From NCBI GenBank assembly GCA_030601425.1, contig JAUVTR010000001.1, positions 1 through 52,980 of the forward strand: DNA of 52,980 bases, read 5' to 3'. Positions 1-9,266 of this stretch are shown in pieces. The position numbers and the translations under genes were made by a program. The stretch comes from Desulfobacterales bacterium (GTDB lineage: Bacteria > Desulfobacterota > Desulfobacteria > Desulfobacterales > JAHEIW01). Within the stretch, counting starts at the first letter, position 1, and every line of letters starts with the position of its first letter. The notes below the pieces were generated by a model that did no database searches, had not been told where the DNA came from, and was given only the letters and a program-made list of their open reading frames with translations.

Positions 1-1
1 T

Positions 2-499
2 ATGATTAAAGAGATGTTCAAGAAACTGGCCGGGCTTTCCATCGTAATTCTGACTTCGATGGCGGTCTTCTATGACTCAGCCTTGGCTGAACAGCGCTTT
101 ATTGACCATGGCAACGGAACGGTTACGGATCGCAAATTGGGACTCATGTGGGCCAAGACCGACAACCAGGCTGATATCTTCTGGAACGAGGTTCAAAGCT
201 GGCTGGAAAATGAGTTTCCGGACACCATCCCTCAAATTTACAATAACTGGCGCCTGCCGACGGTTTCGGAATTACAAAGCCTTTATGTGGAAGATCCTAA
301 ATATGAAGGATATGAAGTCGCCTGCGGACATCCGGTTAAAATCGTCCCTCAGATACGGCTCAGCTGTATACTCATCTGGACCTCAGATACCGCATTGGCG
401 TTACCGCTGGCGTTTAACTTCAATATCGGAAGCGCCTTTACCATAGACTTGCATGACAATAAGGGGTGCCGGGTGTTACCTGTAAGATTCTTACAGTAA
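2..499 (+). CDS. Secreted DUF1566-like (Lcl C-terminal domain) protein
   Basis: 165-aa ORF with an N-terminal signal-like hydrophobic segment (LAGLSIVILTSMAVFYDSALA). GTVTD..LGLMWAK and WRLPTVSEL motifs are typical of DUF1566. The ATG is at nt 2, so upstream context is not visible. Confidence 0.6.
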   Translation: MIKEMFKKLAGLSIVILTSMAVFYDSALAEQRFIDHGNGTVTDRKLGLMWAKTDNQADIFWNEVQSWLENEFPDTIPQIYNNWRLPTVSELQSLYVEDPKYEGYEVACGHPVKIVPQIRLSCILIWTSDTALALPLAFNFNIGSAFTIDLHDNKGCRVLPVRFLQ

Positions 500-752
500 C
501 AGCCTGATGGTGTGCTCACCTGCATGGCAGAAAACAAAAGATTCCAAACATCCGAGACAACAAGCACCCGCTTTCAATACACCCAATCATTAATTTTATC
601 ATGCCTGTCCGGCCCGGTTGTCCGGTTAAGCCGGTTTCACATTTAAAGCGTCCTCACCGTTACCATACGGATATATTTGGAAAGAGAGCCCTGAGATTCG
701 TGCTAAAATATTTCAAGGCCGCAATGGATCCAGCTCATAGGAGAATTTTTGA

Positions 753-1568
753 ATGATCGATATTTCAAAAATTAACTATTCAGTTCTAGATCGACCGGAG
801 ATACTGATGTTTCTGTTTCATCCGCGACCCGAATTCGGACGATCTATATCCTCATCTGACGAAGCCGACATCATGATACCGGTCGAAGCCGAAATTGGCG
901 TTGGGGCGCGATTTCATTTTTGTGATAAATCCGCCTGTAATATCCTTTTTTTTCACGGCAATGGGGAAATTGTCGCCGATTATGATGAATTCGGTCAGAT
1001 GGTTAATCAACTGGGGATCAACTTTTTAGCGGTTGATTATCGCGGTTACGGCCGTTCCACCGGACAACCCACTGTCAGCGCGATGATGCGGGACTGCCAC
1101 GTTATTTTCGATTATGTGATCCAATGGCTGCAAAAAAATGCTTATTTTGGCCCACTTATCCTCATGGGTCGATCCCTTGGCAGTGCATCGGTTCTTGAAT
1201 TAGCAGTTCATTATGCCCATCACATCGACGGTCTGATTGTTGAAAGTGGTTTTGCCTATGCCGGTCCATTATTGCAGCTTTTAGGAATCAATACCACAGC
1301 ACTGGGATTCGAGGAAGCTAAGGGATTTCGCAATATCGATAAGATCGCGTCTTTTAAAAAGACCACCCTGATTATCCACGCTGAACAGGACCATATCATC
1401 CCCTTTTCAGAGGGTCAGGCGCTGTTTGACGCGTGTGGAGCACCGCATAAATCACTGCTGAAAATTCCGGACGCAAACCACAATGACATCCTTATGCAAG
1501 GTCTTAAAGATTACATGGCTGCTATTCAGCAACTGGCAAATCAATTGAAGGTAAAAAAGGACAGATAA
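753..1568 (+). CDS. Alpha/beta-fold hydrolase
   Basis: 271 aa. HGNGE oxyanion-type motif and nucleophile elbow GRSLGS, with late D and H (ANHND) consistent with a Ser-Asp-His triad. AGGAG sits 8 nt upstream of the ATG. Confidence 0.8.
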   Translation: MIDISKINYSVLDRPEILMFLFHPRPEFGRSISSSDEADIMIPVEAEIGVGARFHFCDKSACNILFFHGNGEIVADYDEFGQMVNQLGINFLAVDYRGYGRSTGQPTVSAMMRDCHVIFDYVIQWLQKNAYFGPLILMGRSLGSASVLELAVHYAHHIDGLIVESGFAYAGPLLQLLGINTTALGFEEAKGFRNIDKIASFKKTTLIIHAEQDHIIPFSEGQALFDACGAPHKSLLKIPDANHNDILMQGLKDYMAAIQQLANQLKVKKDR

Positions 1569-1878
1569 GCATGATTGTGTCCGACACACCTCCGGGCTGA
1601 ATTGCCGGTTTCAGATGGATCAACCGACGCGATCATCGTAAATTTGATATATATTAAGCTGTTTACATATCTTATAAATAATAATCCATGCACGCCAACA
1701 ACCCCGCCACCGTTCTTCAACGAATTGCGCGACAATACCTGCCAGGTTAAAATTCTGCCGAATAGTCCCATTTTTCTATTTTTTCCTTAAGTTTATTTAA
1801 ATCTAAGACGATAATTGTCTATAGGTAAGATTGTTAGGAAATTTTGACGACTGTCGGAAGCAGCAGGGTTAATATCGT

Positions 1879-3102
1879 ATGGGTATAATTCACATCAATA
1901 AACTCAAACCGGGCATGGTTTTGGATGAAGCGGTCAAGGATATCAGTGGCAGATTGCTTCTGAAAAAGGGCAAAAATATCCAGTCAGCGCATATTAGAAT
2001 TTTTAAGATCTGGGGCGTAACAGAAGTCAATATCCGCGGAAATAATGGCAGTAAAAATACCTCTGACGGTAATCTGGATCCGGATAAGATCGCAAAAATA
2101 AAAGATAACACACAGAACCTGTTTCGGCATGCTGATTTGGAGCACCCCGCGTTAAAAGAAATATTTCGAATTTCAGTTGAGTTTCGCAGCCAATATAGTT
2201 TTCCGGAAAAAGAAAAGCAGGTTGATCTGGCGACAACCGAGTCCAAACAGGATACAGGTAATCACAATTTTCTGCAGGAACTGAATCAGGGAAACATTAC
2301 CCTGCCGGAGGTACCCTCAATCGTTTTTGAATTAAATGAGGTCATTGCCAACCCGTTATCATCGGCTGAAGATATTGCACAGGTGGTACACCGCAGCCCG
2401 AGTTTAACCGCACTTTTATTGAAAATAGTCAATTCGCCGTTTTACGGTTTCCCTTCTAAAATCGACAAAATTTCACTGGCGGTGACGTTGATCGGTACAC
2501 GCGAAATTTCGGGACTGGCACTCGGGATCAGCGTTATTTCACTGTTTAACAATATCCCAAAAGAAATACTCAGCATGCATTCGTTTCTGAGGCACAGCCT
2601 TGCGTGCGGCATTATTTCAAGAATTTTAGCGGCCCACAAAGGTCTCCCGCAGACGGAACAGTTATTCGTTTCCGGTCTTTTGCACGATTTGGGCCGTTTG
2701 ATTCTTTACAGCTATTTCCCGGAAGAATCGCTCAATATCCTAAGCCGGGCGCGATCAACAAATATGTTATTGTACCTGCAAGAAAATGATTCTCTAGGCT
2801 GCAATCACACTCACATTGTCAAGCAATTATTGCAACAGTGGAAGTTGCCGATGGTCCTTGAAAACAATGTGTTTTTTCACCACGATCCCTGTGAAGCGCC
2901 ACAACCGGTTCCCGCCATCCTGGTCCATCTGGCGGATATTATGACCAACGGTCTGGGAATCGGTACCAGCGGTGAGCGTTTTGTTCCGCCTCTGGATAAT
3001 AAAGCCTGGGATAGCCTGGGATTGTCGCCGTCCTGTTTTGATATTGTTGTTAAACAGGCGACCCATCAGTTTTTTGCATTAGAATCAATGTTGGAAATTT
3101 AA
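1879..3102 (+). CDS. HDOD-domain signalling protein
   Basis: 407 aa. The C-terminal 250 aa show the HDOD pattern (LPEVPSIVFELNEVIANP, SPSLTALLLKIVNSPFYG, LLHDLGRL, FFHHDP). Confidence 0.8.
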   Translation: MGIIHINKLKPGMVLDEAVKDISGRLLLKKGKNIQSAHIRIFKIWGVTEVNIRGNNGSKNTSDGNLDPDKIAKIKDNTQNLFRHADLEHPALKEIFRISVEFRSQYSFPEKEKQVDLATTESKQDTGNHNFLQELNQGNITLPEVPSIVFELNEVIANPLSSAEDIAQVVHRSPSLTALLLKIVNSPFYGFPSKIDKISLAVTLIGTREISGLALGISVISLFNNIPKEILSMHSFLRHSLACGIISRILAAHKGLPQTEQLFVSGLLHDLGRLILYSYFPEESLNILSRARSTNMLLYLQENDSLGCNHTHIVKQLLQQWKLPMVLENNVFFHHDPCEAPQPVPAILVHLADIMTNGLGIGTSGERFVPPLDNKAWDSLGLSPSCFDIVVKQATHQFFALESMLEI

Positions 3103-3109
3103 GGATTCC

Positions 3110-4876
3110 ATGAAAAACAATAACAGCTTTCATATGGATGCCAAAAAACTCTTGGCCCGCATCGATTATTTGGAAGAAAATCGTAGGTTTATCCAAAATG
3201 TTTTGGAAACGGCGCTGTCATTGGGCGATTTTCAGGAAAATATCAATAAGGGCTATGGATCCGAGTATATTTTGCAGGAAGCTGATAAACGAATCAACCG
3301 TCTAATTCCTTTCGAAGCCAATGCGCATTACATTGTAGACCAGGAAAAATCGGATTTCTCATTATCCGTATGCAATAAAGGCCACCTGAAATCGTTCATC
3401 AAGAATGAAGTCAACCACATGATCGACCAAGGTTATTTTGCCTGGGCGATAAGAGAAAGGCGCGGGGTTTTGATATCATCCAGCGATCATAGCTGGCGCT
3501 TTGTATTACATGTGATCGCCACCTATTCACGCACCCGGGGCATGTTCATCGGCCTGCTGCCGGATAAAAACCATACAATCCCCGATACGTCGCTGACCCT
3601 GTTATCCATTATTTTGCTCAATACAGCCAATGCCCTGGAGAGTCTTGAATTTTATTCTTTGCTGCGCAACCAAAATGAGACCCTTGAAAAAAAGGTCGAA
3701 GAGCGAACCAAAGAATTGGCTAAATATGAACGCCAGCTGCAACAGGTTCTAAAAATTCAAGCGATCGGCACCCTGGCGGGCGGTATCGCGCATGACTTTA
3801 ACAATATTCTATTTCCCATCGTCGGGTATACTGAATTGACTATGGATGAAGTTTCCGAAGACAGTGTCGCACACAAAAATCTTGAAGAAATTCTCAAAGC
3901 CGCGCATCGTGCCAAGAATCTGGTTCAGCAAATTCTGACGTTCAGTCGTCAGAGCGATCAGGAGCGCAAGCCGATAAAGGTACAAAGTATCATAACAGAA
4001 ACTCTCAGGCTTCTGCGGGCATCGATTCCGGCCTCTATTGAGATCATTCATAAAATACAAGACGATTGCGGCCATATTATGGGCGATCCCACCCAGATCC
4101 ATCAGGTCATCATGAATTTATGCACCAATGCTTATCAAGCCATGCAGGATAAAGGCGGCAAGCTGGAAGTGATTCTGACCGAAATCGATGTCGGCTACGA
4201 AGAAATGATCGATAAAGTCGGAATGCAGCACGGCAAGCATCTGAGACTATTAGTTAAAGACGAAGGATGTGGTATGGAAGCCTCGGTGCTGGACAGGATT
4301 TTCGAGCCGTATTACACGACTAAAGAACAGGGCAAAGGCACGGGTTTGGGATTATCTGTCATCCACGGAATTGTTAAAAACCACGGGGGCGATATCACCG
4401 TTAAGAGCACGCCGGGTAAAGGAACGATATTTCAGGTTTACCTGCCGCTGATCGAAGATGTTGACCCCGATGTAGAATTCGAATCCACCGATGGCGCGAC
4501 AAAAGGAGAGGAACGAATTCTACTGGTTGATGACGAAGAGCAAATTGTGGCTATGGAACAACAGATGCTCGAAAATTTGGGCTACCGGGTCACCGCCAGG
4601 ACTGACAGCGCGGAAGCCCTCAAAGTGTTTGCTGAACACCCTCAGGATTTTGACCTTGTGATCACAGATATGACCATGCCGCACATGACCGGTGATCAGC
4701 TGGCTCAAAAAATGCTGGATATTGAACCCAATATTCCTGTCATTCTATGCACCGGTTTTAACCAGGGCATTACCGAAGAAAAGGCTCTGGCAATGGGTAT
4801 TCAAAAATTTGTAATGAAACCGGTCGTAAAAAAGGAATTAGCCACCACGATTCGCACCGTGTTGGATCAAAACTAG
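3110..4876 (+). CDS. Hybrid sensor histidine kinase / response regulator
   Basis: 588 aa. H-box GGIAHDFNNIL, N/G boxes (NLCTNAYQAM, DEGCGM, GTGLGLS) and a C-terminal receiver (LLVDDEE..DLVITDMTMPHMTG..KP). Starts 8 nt after the HDOD gene. Confidence 0.9.
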   Translation: MKNNNSFHMDAKKLLARIDYLEENRRFIQNVLETALSLGDFQENINKGYGSEYILQEADKRINRLIPFEANAHYIVDQEKSDFSLSVCNKGHLKSFIKNEVNHMIDQGYFAWAIRERRGVLISSSDHSWRFVLHVIATYSRTRGMFIGLLPDKNHTIPDTSLTLLSIILLNTANALESLEFYSLLRNQNETLEKKVEERTKELAKYERQLQQVLKIQAIGTLAGGIAHDFNNILFPIVGYTELTMDEVSEDSVAHKNLEEILKAAHRAKNLVQQILTFSRQSDQERKPIKVQSIITETLRLLRASIPASIEIIHKIQDDCGHIMGDPTQIHQVIMNLCTNAYQAMQDKGGKLEVILTEIDVGYEEMIDKVGMQHGKHLRLLVKDEGCGMEASVLDRIFEPYYTTKEQGKGTGLGLSVIHGIVKNHGGDITVKSTPGKGTIFQVYLPLIEDVDPDVEFESTDGATKGEERILLVDDEEQIVAMEQQMLENLGYRVTARTDSAEALKVFAEHPQDFDLVITDMTMPHMTGDQLAQKMLDIEPNIPVILCTGFNQGITEEKALAMGIQKFVMKPVVKKELATTIRTVLDQN

Positions 4877-4954
4877 CGGTTTTGCGACAGCATACCTCTA
4901 ATTTGTAAACGATCTTTGGAGCTCACCGTTCGCCTCACAAATACAGATGCTCGG

Positions 4955-5003
4955 TCCTGGGTTCTGGCATCTGGCTGCTGGTCTCTGGCTGCTTGTTCCC
5001 CGT
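4955..5003. repeat. In-phase heptad tract, NNCTGGC dialect
   Basis: tcctggg ttctggc atctggc tgctggt ctctggc tgcttgt tccccgt: 7 consecutive heptads upstream of the 83-aa ORF. Confidence 0.75.
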
Positions 5004-5068
5004 GTTGACCTCAATGTTGTTTTCAATTATGAAACACAGCATATTCAATTACAAGGAGCAGCTGAAAA

Positions 5069-5320
5069 ATGACCATTCACTCTCATAATTTTGTGGAAAC
5101 TTACAAAGGCCTGGTGGGTTTTGGTGCAGATCGAAATACAGATGAAAACACGGTCATATACTATCTTCAGAAATTTTCGGATGACCGGCTGATGAAAACG
5201 ATCATAAAACGCCTGCCAGACGAGGAGTTATCAGAGATATTTTTATTGATGACCCGGCTTCTAAAAAACCATCTCACCAGTTCCGAGTACCACCAAATCT
5301 TCTTAAAAGAGGAACCTTAA
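5069..5320 (+). CDS. Hypothetical 83-aa protein
   Basis: ORF with AAGGAG 9 nt upstream of the ATG. I recognise no family. It is flanked on both sides by heptad-periodic non-coding tracts. Confidence 0.5.
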   Translation: MTIHSHNFVETYKGLVGFGADRNTDENTVIYYLQKFSDDRLMKTIIKRLPDEELSEIFLLMTRLLKNHLTSSEYHQIFLKEEP

Positions 5321-5324
5321 GCTC

Positions 5325-5506
5325 GTTACTGGCTTCTCGTCACTGGCAACTACTTGATACAAAAAGCCAGCTGCCCATTCGTTAAAAGCTAGTGGCAGAC
5401 GGCCCGCCGTAAGAAGAAAGCAGTAAGCTGCAAGGAATCAGAAACCAGTATCCTGGAGCTAAAAGCCAAAGACAAGGTGCCAGAAGCAAGTGACAAACAC
5501 AGGAGG
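5325..5506. repeat. Spacer built of 26 in-phase heptads (CACTGGC / GCCAGAA dialects)
   Basis: Cutting 5325-5506 into 7-mers puts G at position 1 in 16 of 26 units (gttactg gcttctc gtcactg gcaacta ... gccagaa gcaagtg). The 3' part (5435-5503) is the complement type of 4955-5003. Confidence 0.75.
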
Positions 5507-5600
5507 GGGGACGTGCTAACTAAAAAACAGTTGGTCCGATATGCAGATGTGCTGATATGTCGGCTGTAATGAATCGGTTTTTTGCAAAGACGCGAAATTA

Positions 5601-5972
5601 TCACGCACTGATAGCGGATTTGGATGGATTATTTGCTACTTTTTTTACCGACTCCACCAAATCTAGCAGTGGAAACGGTTTGGGTAAAACGACATCGAAG
5701 CCCGAATCCTGAATAAGCCAGGGCGTCCCTGAAATGCCGATAATCGGAATGGAATTTTTATGAGAATTGCGAATATGTCGAACCACGCCTTTGCCATCAA
5801 GCCCCGGCATGCGAAGATCGGTAATCACGATATCAAAGCTGCCATCGTCAAACTTTTGAATACCTTCATAACCATCGGCTGCTAATTCAACTTGATGTCC
5901 GAATTTTGTTAAGGCTTCTTCGATCACGCGCAAGATACCTTTTTCATCATCGATAACTAAAATGGTGCACAT
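5601..5972 (-). CDS. Single-domain response regulator (CheY-like receiver)
   Basis: 123 aa. ILVIDDE..DIVITDLRMPGLDG..LPKPF receiver signature with no output domain. Confidence 0.85.
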   Translation of the reverse strand: MCTILVIDDEKGILRVIEEALTKFGHQVELAADGYEGIQKFDDGSFDIVITDLRMPGLDGKGVVRHIRNSHKNSIPIIGISGTPWLIQDSGFDVVLPKPFPLLDLVESVKKVANNPSKSAISA

Positions 5973-6513
5973 GATTCCTTCCCCAAAAGCAGTTTGATGT
6001 TTAAAATCTTACTGACTTTCTATTTATCATACTCAAGAACAGGACGCCTGTCAACAATATGTTGTGGACATTATTTTTCAAAACACAATATATGGACATT
6101 TCGAGGAAATTAAACGGCTTTGGCGGTGCAGATCCAATCGAAATCCACTGGCAGCAGGCCATCGTCAATACACTTATATTTGGATAAAGTACTGCAGATG
6201 TCAAGCCGGATTATAACGATTTTTAATTTCCGGATGGAGCAGGTTATCAACAACATGCATCTTGTTGAAATTTAAATATAAAAAATAAGCTTGGTCGATT
6301 AACTGATTAAATTCTATTACTTATGGAATGTTTCATTTTTCTTAAGCATTTTAGTGAGATCCCAAGTTATCAACACGTTATGAACAATTTGGGTTGAGAA
6401 ACCAAACTAGTAAAATCGCTCTTTTTTAATTGTTTTCTAACGGAATGGAAATGATGGGCCAAATGGCGTAAGAAACTATATTCGAAGCCTAGCGGGCAGG
6501 AAACCTTAAAAAA

Positions 6514-6539
6514 AGCGCCGAAGCAACGCTTCCGGCGCT
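6514..6539 (-). terminator. Intrinsic terminator downstream of the miaB-nuclease operon
   Basis: AGCGCCGAAGC / GCTTCCGGCGCT stem (11 bp with one bulge). On the minus strand it is followed by TTTTTTT (complement of the A-run at 6507-6513). Lies about 100 nt past the stop at 6648. Confidence 0.7.
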
Positions 6540-6647
6540 ATTTTATAAACATATTTGAGCTGAAATGATAAGCACAACCCAATCGTAATTGTCAAATGCA
6601 AAAGTAAGGTGAAGGTTTAAATTCGTGATTTGTACCCTTGATGAAGC

Positions 6648-7154
6648 CTAAATCTTGAACTTGCCGAAATCTTCCGGTGAAAGGCCTTCCAGATAGTCAG
6701 CCCATTTTTTGCCTTCTTCGCTGGTATCTAACACCTCTGCTTCACCGTCCCCCATTTTCGATTTTTGCATGACCTCGTCCGCCACATAGATAGGGGCGTC
6801 ATATCGAAGAGCCAGGGCAATCGCATCGCTGGGACGCGCATCCATTTCAAAATTTCCATCCTTGGATATAAAATGGATTTTAGCGTAAAAAGTGTTATCC
6901 TTCAAATCACATACTTCAATCTTTGAAATTGATATATCTAATCGTTCCGTGAATTTTTTAAAAAGATCGTGTGTCATGGGACGTTCGTATTTAATATTTT
7001 GGAGGGCCGATGCAATTGAAGTCGCTTCGAGCAATCCAATCCATATCGGAATAGACTGGTCGTTTTTCTCAGATTTCAATATGATAATCGGCGTGTTCGA
7101 AGCCGGATCCATTGTCAAACCCGCTATGCTCACCTTATGCAGCATAATTTTCAA
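6648..7154 (-). CDS. Bifunctional nuclease family protein (DUF151/BFN domain)
   Basis: 168 aa. PIWIG..EA..I, RPMTHDL and ARPSDAIALALR motifs are typical of the BFN domain. Its start overlaps the miaB stop by 20 nt. Confidence 0.75.
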   Translation of the reverse strand: MKIMLHKVSIAGLTMDPASNTPIIILKSEKNDQSIPIWIGLLEATSIASALQNIKYERPMTHDLFKKFTERLDISISKIEVCDLKDNTFYAKIHFISKDGNFEMDARPSDAIALALRYDAPIYVADEVMQKSKMGDGEAEVLDTSEEGKKWADYLEGLSPEDFGKFKI

Positions 7155-8553
7155 CTCCTTTCAACCTTCCAGCTGAGGGTTCTGCGTTTATCGCTTTGCC
7201 AAACAGTGAATGTGAAAAGGCTTTATCAATGCGAACACCAATCAGTTTGCCGGAAAGGCTTTCAGTGTCGGCCGGGAGCTCATCCATATAAAAATTTACA
7301 ATTTTGTTTGTGATGGTACGACCCATCCACTGCAGCGCTTGGCCAGTGCTTTCCGGTTCACCGGATACCTGTTTTTTACTCAGACCATCGGTCAGGATCA
7401 ACTGAGTGGAACCGACCAAGACCTTATTTTTTCTTCTTGTAAATTTCTCCTGTAAATCCAAGAGGGTCTGCAGCCGTTCTCTCTTTAGCGGCTCGGAAAT
7501 CTTATGAGGCAGTTCCACAGACGGGGCGCGGGGACGATCAGAATATTGAAAGGCAAATAGCCCGTCATATTCCACCGTTTTTACGAGTTCCAAGGTTTGT
7601 TCAAAATCGGCCTCGGTTTCTCCCGGAAAGCCGACAATCATATCCGATGTGATCGCTATCTCAGAACAAGTATCCCGCAGTTTCGCCACTTTGTCAAGAT
7701 ACTGCTCTTTGGTGTATTTGCGGTTCATGCGCTTTAAAACCCTGTTTGAGCCTGACTGAACCGGCAAATGAATATGGGGACACAATTTATCAAGATCCCG
7801 AAAAGCCGCGATAAGATTCGAGCTTAAATCCTTAGGATGAGATGTGGTAAATCGAATTCTTAAAAGCCCTTCGATTTCATTTATCCTTGCTAAAAGTTCA
7901 GGAAACATGTCCAAGTTTTGTTTTTTACCATAACTGTTTACATTTTGTCCCAGCAGGGTGACCTCCCTTACACCGTTTTCAACCAGCGCCCGGATTTCTC
8001 GAAGGATGCTTTGGGGCTCACGACTGGTTTCTCTTCCACGGACAAAAGGTACCACGCAGTAAGCGCAATAGTTGTCACAACCCCGCATGATGGTAACGAA
8101 TTTGGAGACTTGACTTTCAGCCTGGGTACCGGCAAGAAATTCAGGCATATCCGGGGCTTCATCCATATGCACATCAACAATCCGGCATCGTCTCGCTTCG
8201 ATTTGTTGAATCATGCCCGGAAGCCTGTCAATAGCCTGCGTACCAAATACAAAGTCAATGCAGGGCATGCGTTCCAGAATTTTTTGGCCTTCCTGCTGAG
8301 CCACACAACCGCCGACTCCGATTATCAGTCGTCTTTTATTGCGCTTCATCCTTGCAAGCCGGCCCAGTAAGCTAAAGGCTTTTTGTTCAGCTTTGGCCCG
8401 GACAGTACAGGTATTAACGATAATCAAATCAGCCCTGTCCATCGAAGCGGTCTGTTCACATCCTAAAGTTGCCAGCCGTATGGCTATTTGCTCTGAATCA
8501 TAAACATTCATCTGGCAACCGATTGTATGCAGATAAAAATACTTCGCATTCAT
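7135..8553 (-). CDS. miaB: tRNA-2-methylthio-N6-dimethylallyladenosine synthase
   Basis: 472 aa. N-terminal UPF0004 cysteines (GCQMN..), radical-SAM CDNYCAYC motif and a C-terminal TRAM region. Confidence 0.93.
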   Translation of the reverse strand: MNAKYFYLHTIGCQMNVYDSEQIAIRLATLGCEQTASMDRADLIIVNTCTVRAKAEQKAFSLLGRLARMKRNKRRLIIGVGGCVAQQEGQKILERMPCIDFVFGTQAIDRLPGMIQQIEARRCRIVDVHMDEAPDMPEFLAGTQAESQVSKFVTIMRGCDNYCAYCVVPFVRGRETSREPQSILREIRALVENGVREVTLLGQNVNSYGKKQNLDMFPELLARINEIEGLLRIRFTTSHPKDLSSNLIAAFRDLDKLCPHIHLPVQSGSNRVLKRMNRKYTKEQYLDKVAKLRDTCSEIAITSDMIVGFPGETEADFEQTLELVKTVEYDGLFAFQYSDRPRAPSVELPHKISEPLKRERLQTLLDLQEKFTRRKNKVLVGSTQLILTDGLSKKQVSGEPESTGQALQWMGRTITNKIVNFYMDELPADTESLSGKLIGVRIDKAFSHSLFGKAINAEPSAGRLKGVENYAA

Positions 8554-8607
8554 GAAGAGTAAGGCTTTCGTTGCCGGGAAATCGAAGCTACCTTGATATG
8601 GAGATAT

Positions 8608-8841
8608 TTAATCGTGACCTGGCGGCCCGGGCATTACAGGCTCAATCAGGATGTCCTTTTTTAAATACTGCAAAATTTCCGCTACCTGCTTTTGGCAGCC
8701 CGGTGCGATGTGAAACGAAATAACCCCCCGGATCGGGTCTTCTGTTTTAATGGTGGCAATACCATCATAGGCTTCCAAAATAAATTTTAGAAAAGCAATT
8801 TCTCTGCGATCCACCCGGTAATACTTTTTTAGTGATTTCAA
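8608..8841 (-). CDS. DUF4911-like small protein
   Basis: 77 aa. The REIAFLKFILEAYDGIA pattern is characteristic of DUF4911. Lies upstream of and co-oriented with miaB. Confidence 0.55.
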   Translation of the reverse strand: MKSLKKYYRVDRREIAFLKFILEAYDGIATIKTEDPIRGVISFHIAPGCQKQVAEILQYLKKDILIEPVMPGPPGHD

Positions 8842-8871
8842 AATTTCTTTACTGTCACAAAACCATTTAGT

Positions 8872-9046
8872 AGGTTTCAGGTTTCGGGTGTCAGGCGTCA
8901 GGTAAACAGACGACAGAGGTCAGAGGACAGAGGACAGAAAACAGAAGATACAGTTGTCAGAATTGACAGTGCTGAAACCTGAACACTGAAACCTGACACC
9001 TGAAACCTCCTTATTCCTGACACCTGACACCCGAAACCTAAAACCT
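8872..9046. repeat. Long heptad-periodic hairpin element A (GGTTTCA/GGTGTCA plus GACAGAG dialects)
   Basis: 8875-8951 holds 11 in-phase heptads ending in CAG(G). 8970-9046 holds about 11 heptads of the complementary CTGA type. The outer arms 8872-8902 and 9016-9046 pair at 29 of 31 positions. Confidence 0.9.
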
Positions 9047-9266
9047 AATTTTTGCTGAAACCTGAAGCCATAATAAAGGCATATTAAACTTTCGTTCCGG
9101 CAAGCGTTTCGGAGACGAGCAAAACCGCTATCAGGCGAGAGATGATGGTATTAAAAGACGGTCTATTGAGTATAACCACATCTCCATTATTTGCAATAAA
9201 AAACACCTTGTGCATTTGATCAATTTTAGGTTGTCCAATCTGCGGTTATACGGTATAGGGCCGTCA

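Noticed and set aside
614-636. The ccggtt x3 mini-tandem in the first spacer as another member of the periodic family
   Set aside because: There are only three units with irregular 8-9-nt spacing and no complementary arm, which is too weak to call.
1541-1790. The overlapping 71-aa and 76-aa ORFs in the spacer after the hydrolase gene
   Set aside because: They are mutually antisense, with no RBS and odd composition (Pro/Thr runs). This is most likely non-coding 3' or promoter DNA.
8917-8944. GGA-containing heptads (aggacag) as a CsrA/RsmA-sponge RNA similar to CsrB
   Set aside because: Only a minority of units contain GGA, since most are GGTCAGA or GACAGAA. The motif would be buried in the helix and not presented in loops. 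No csrA context is visible.
9210-9266. Longer N-terminal extensions given by the ORF track for recJ (9210), lptA (44243), rpoN (45692), rapZ (48396), dapB (36448) and alaS (40077)
   Set aside because: Internal ATGs with good RBS spacing reproduce the conserved N-termini. The extensions overlap upstream genes or the RBS itself.
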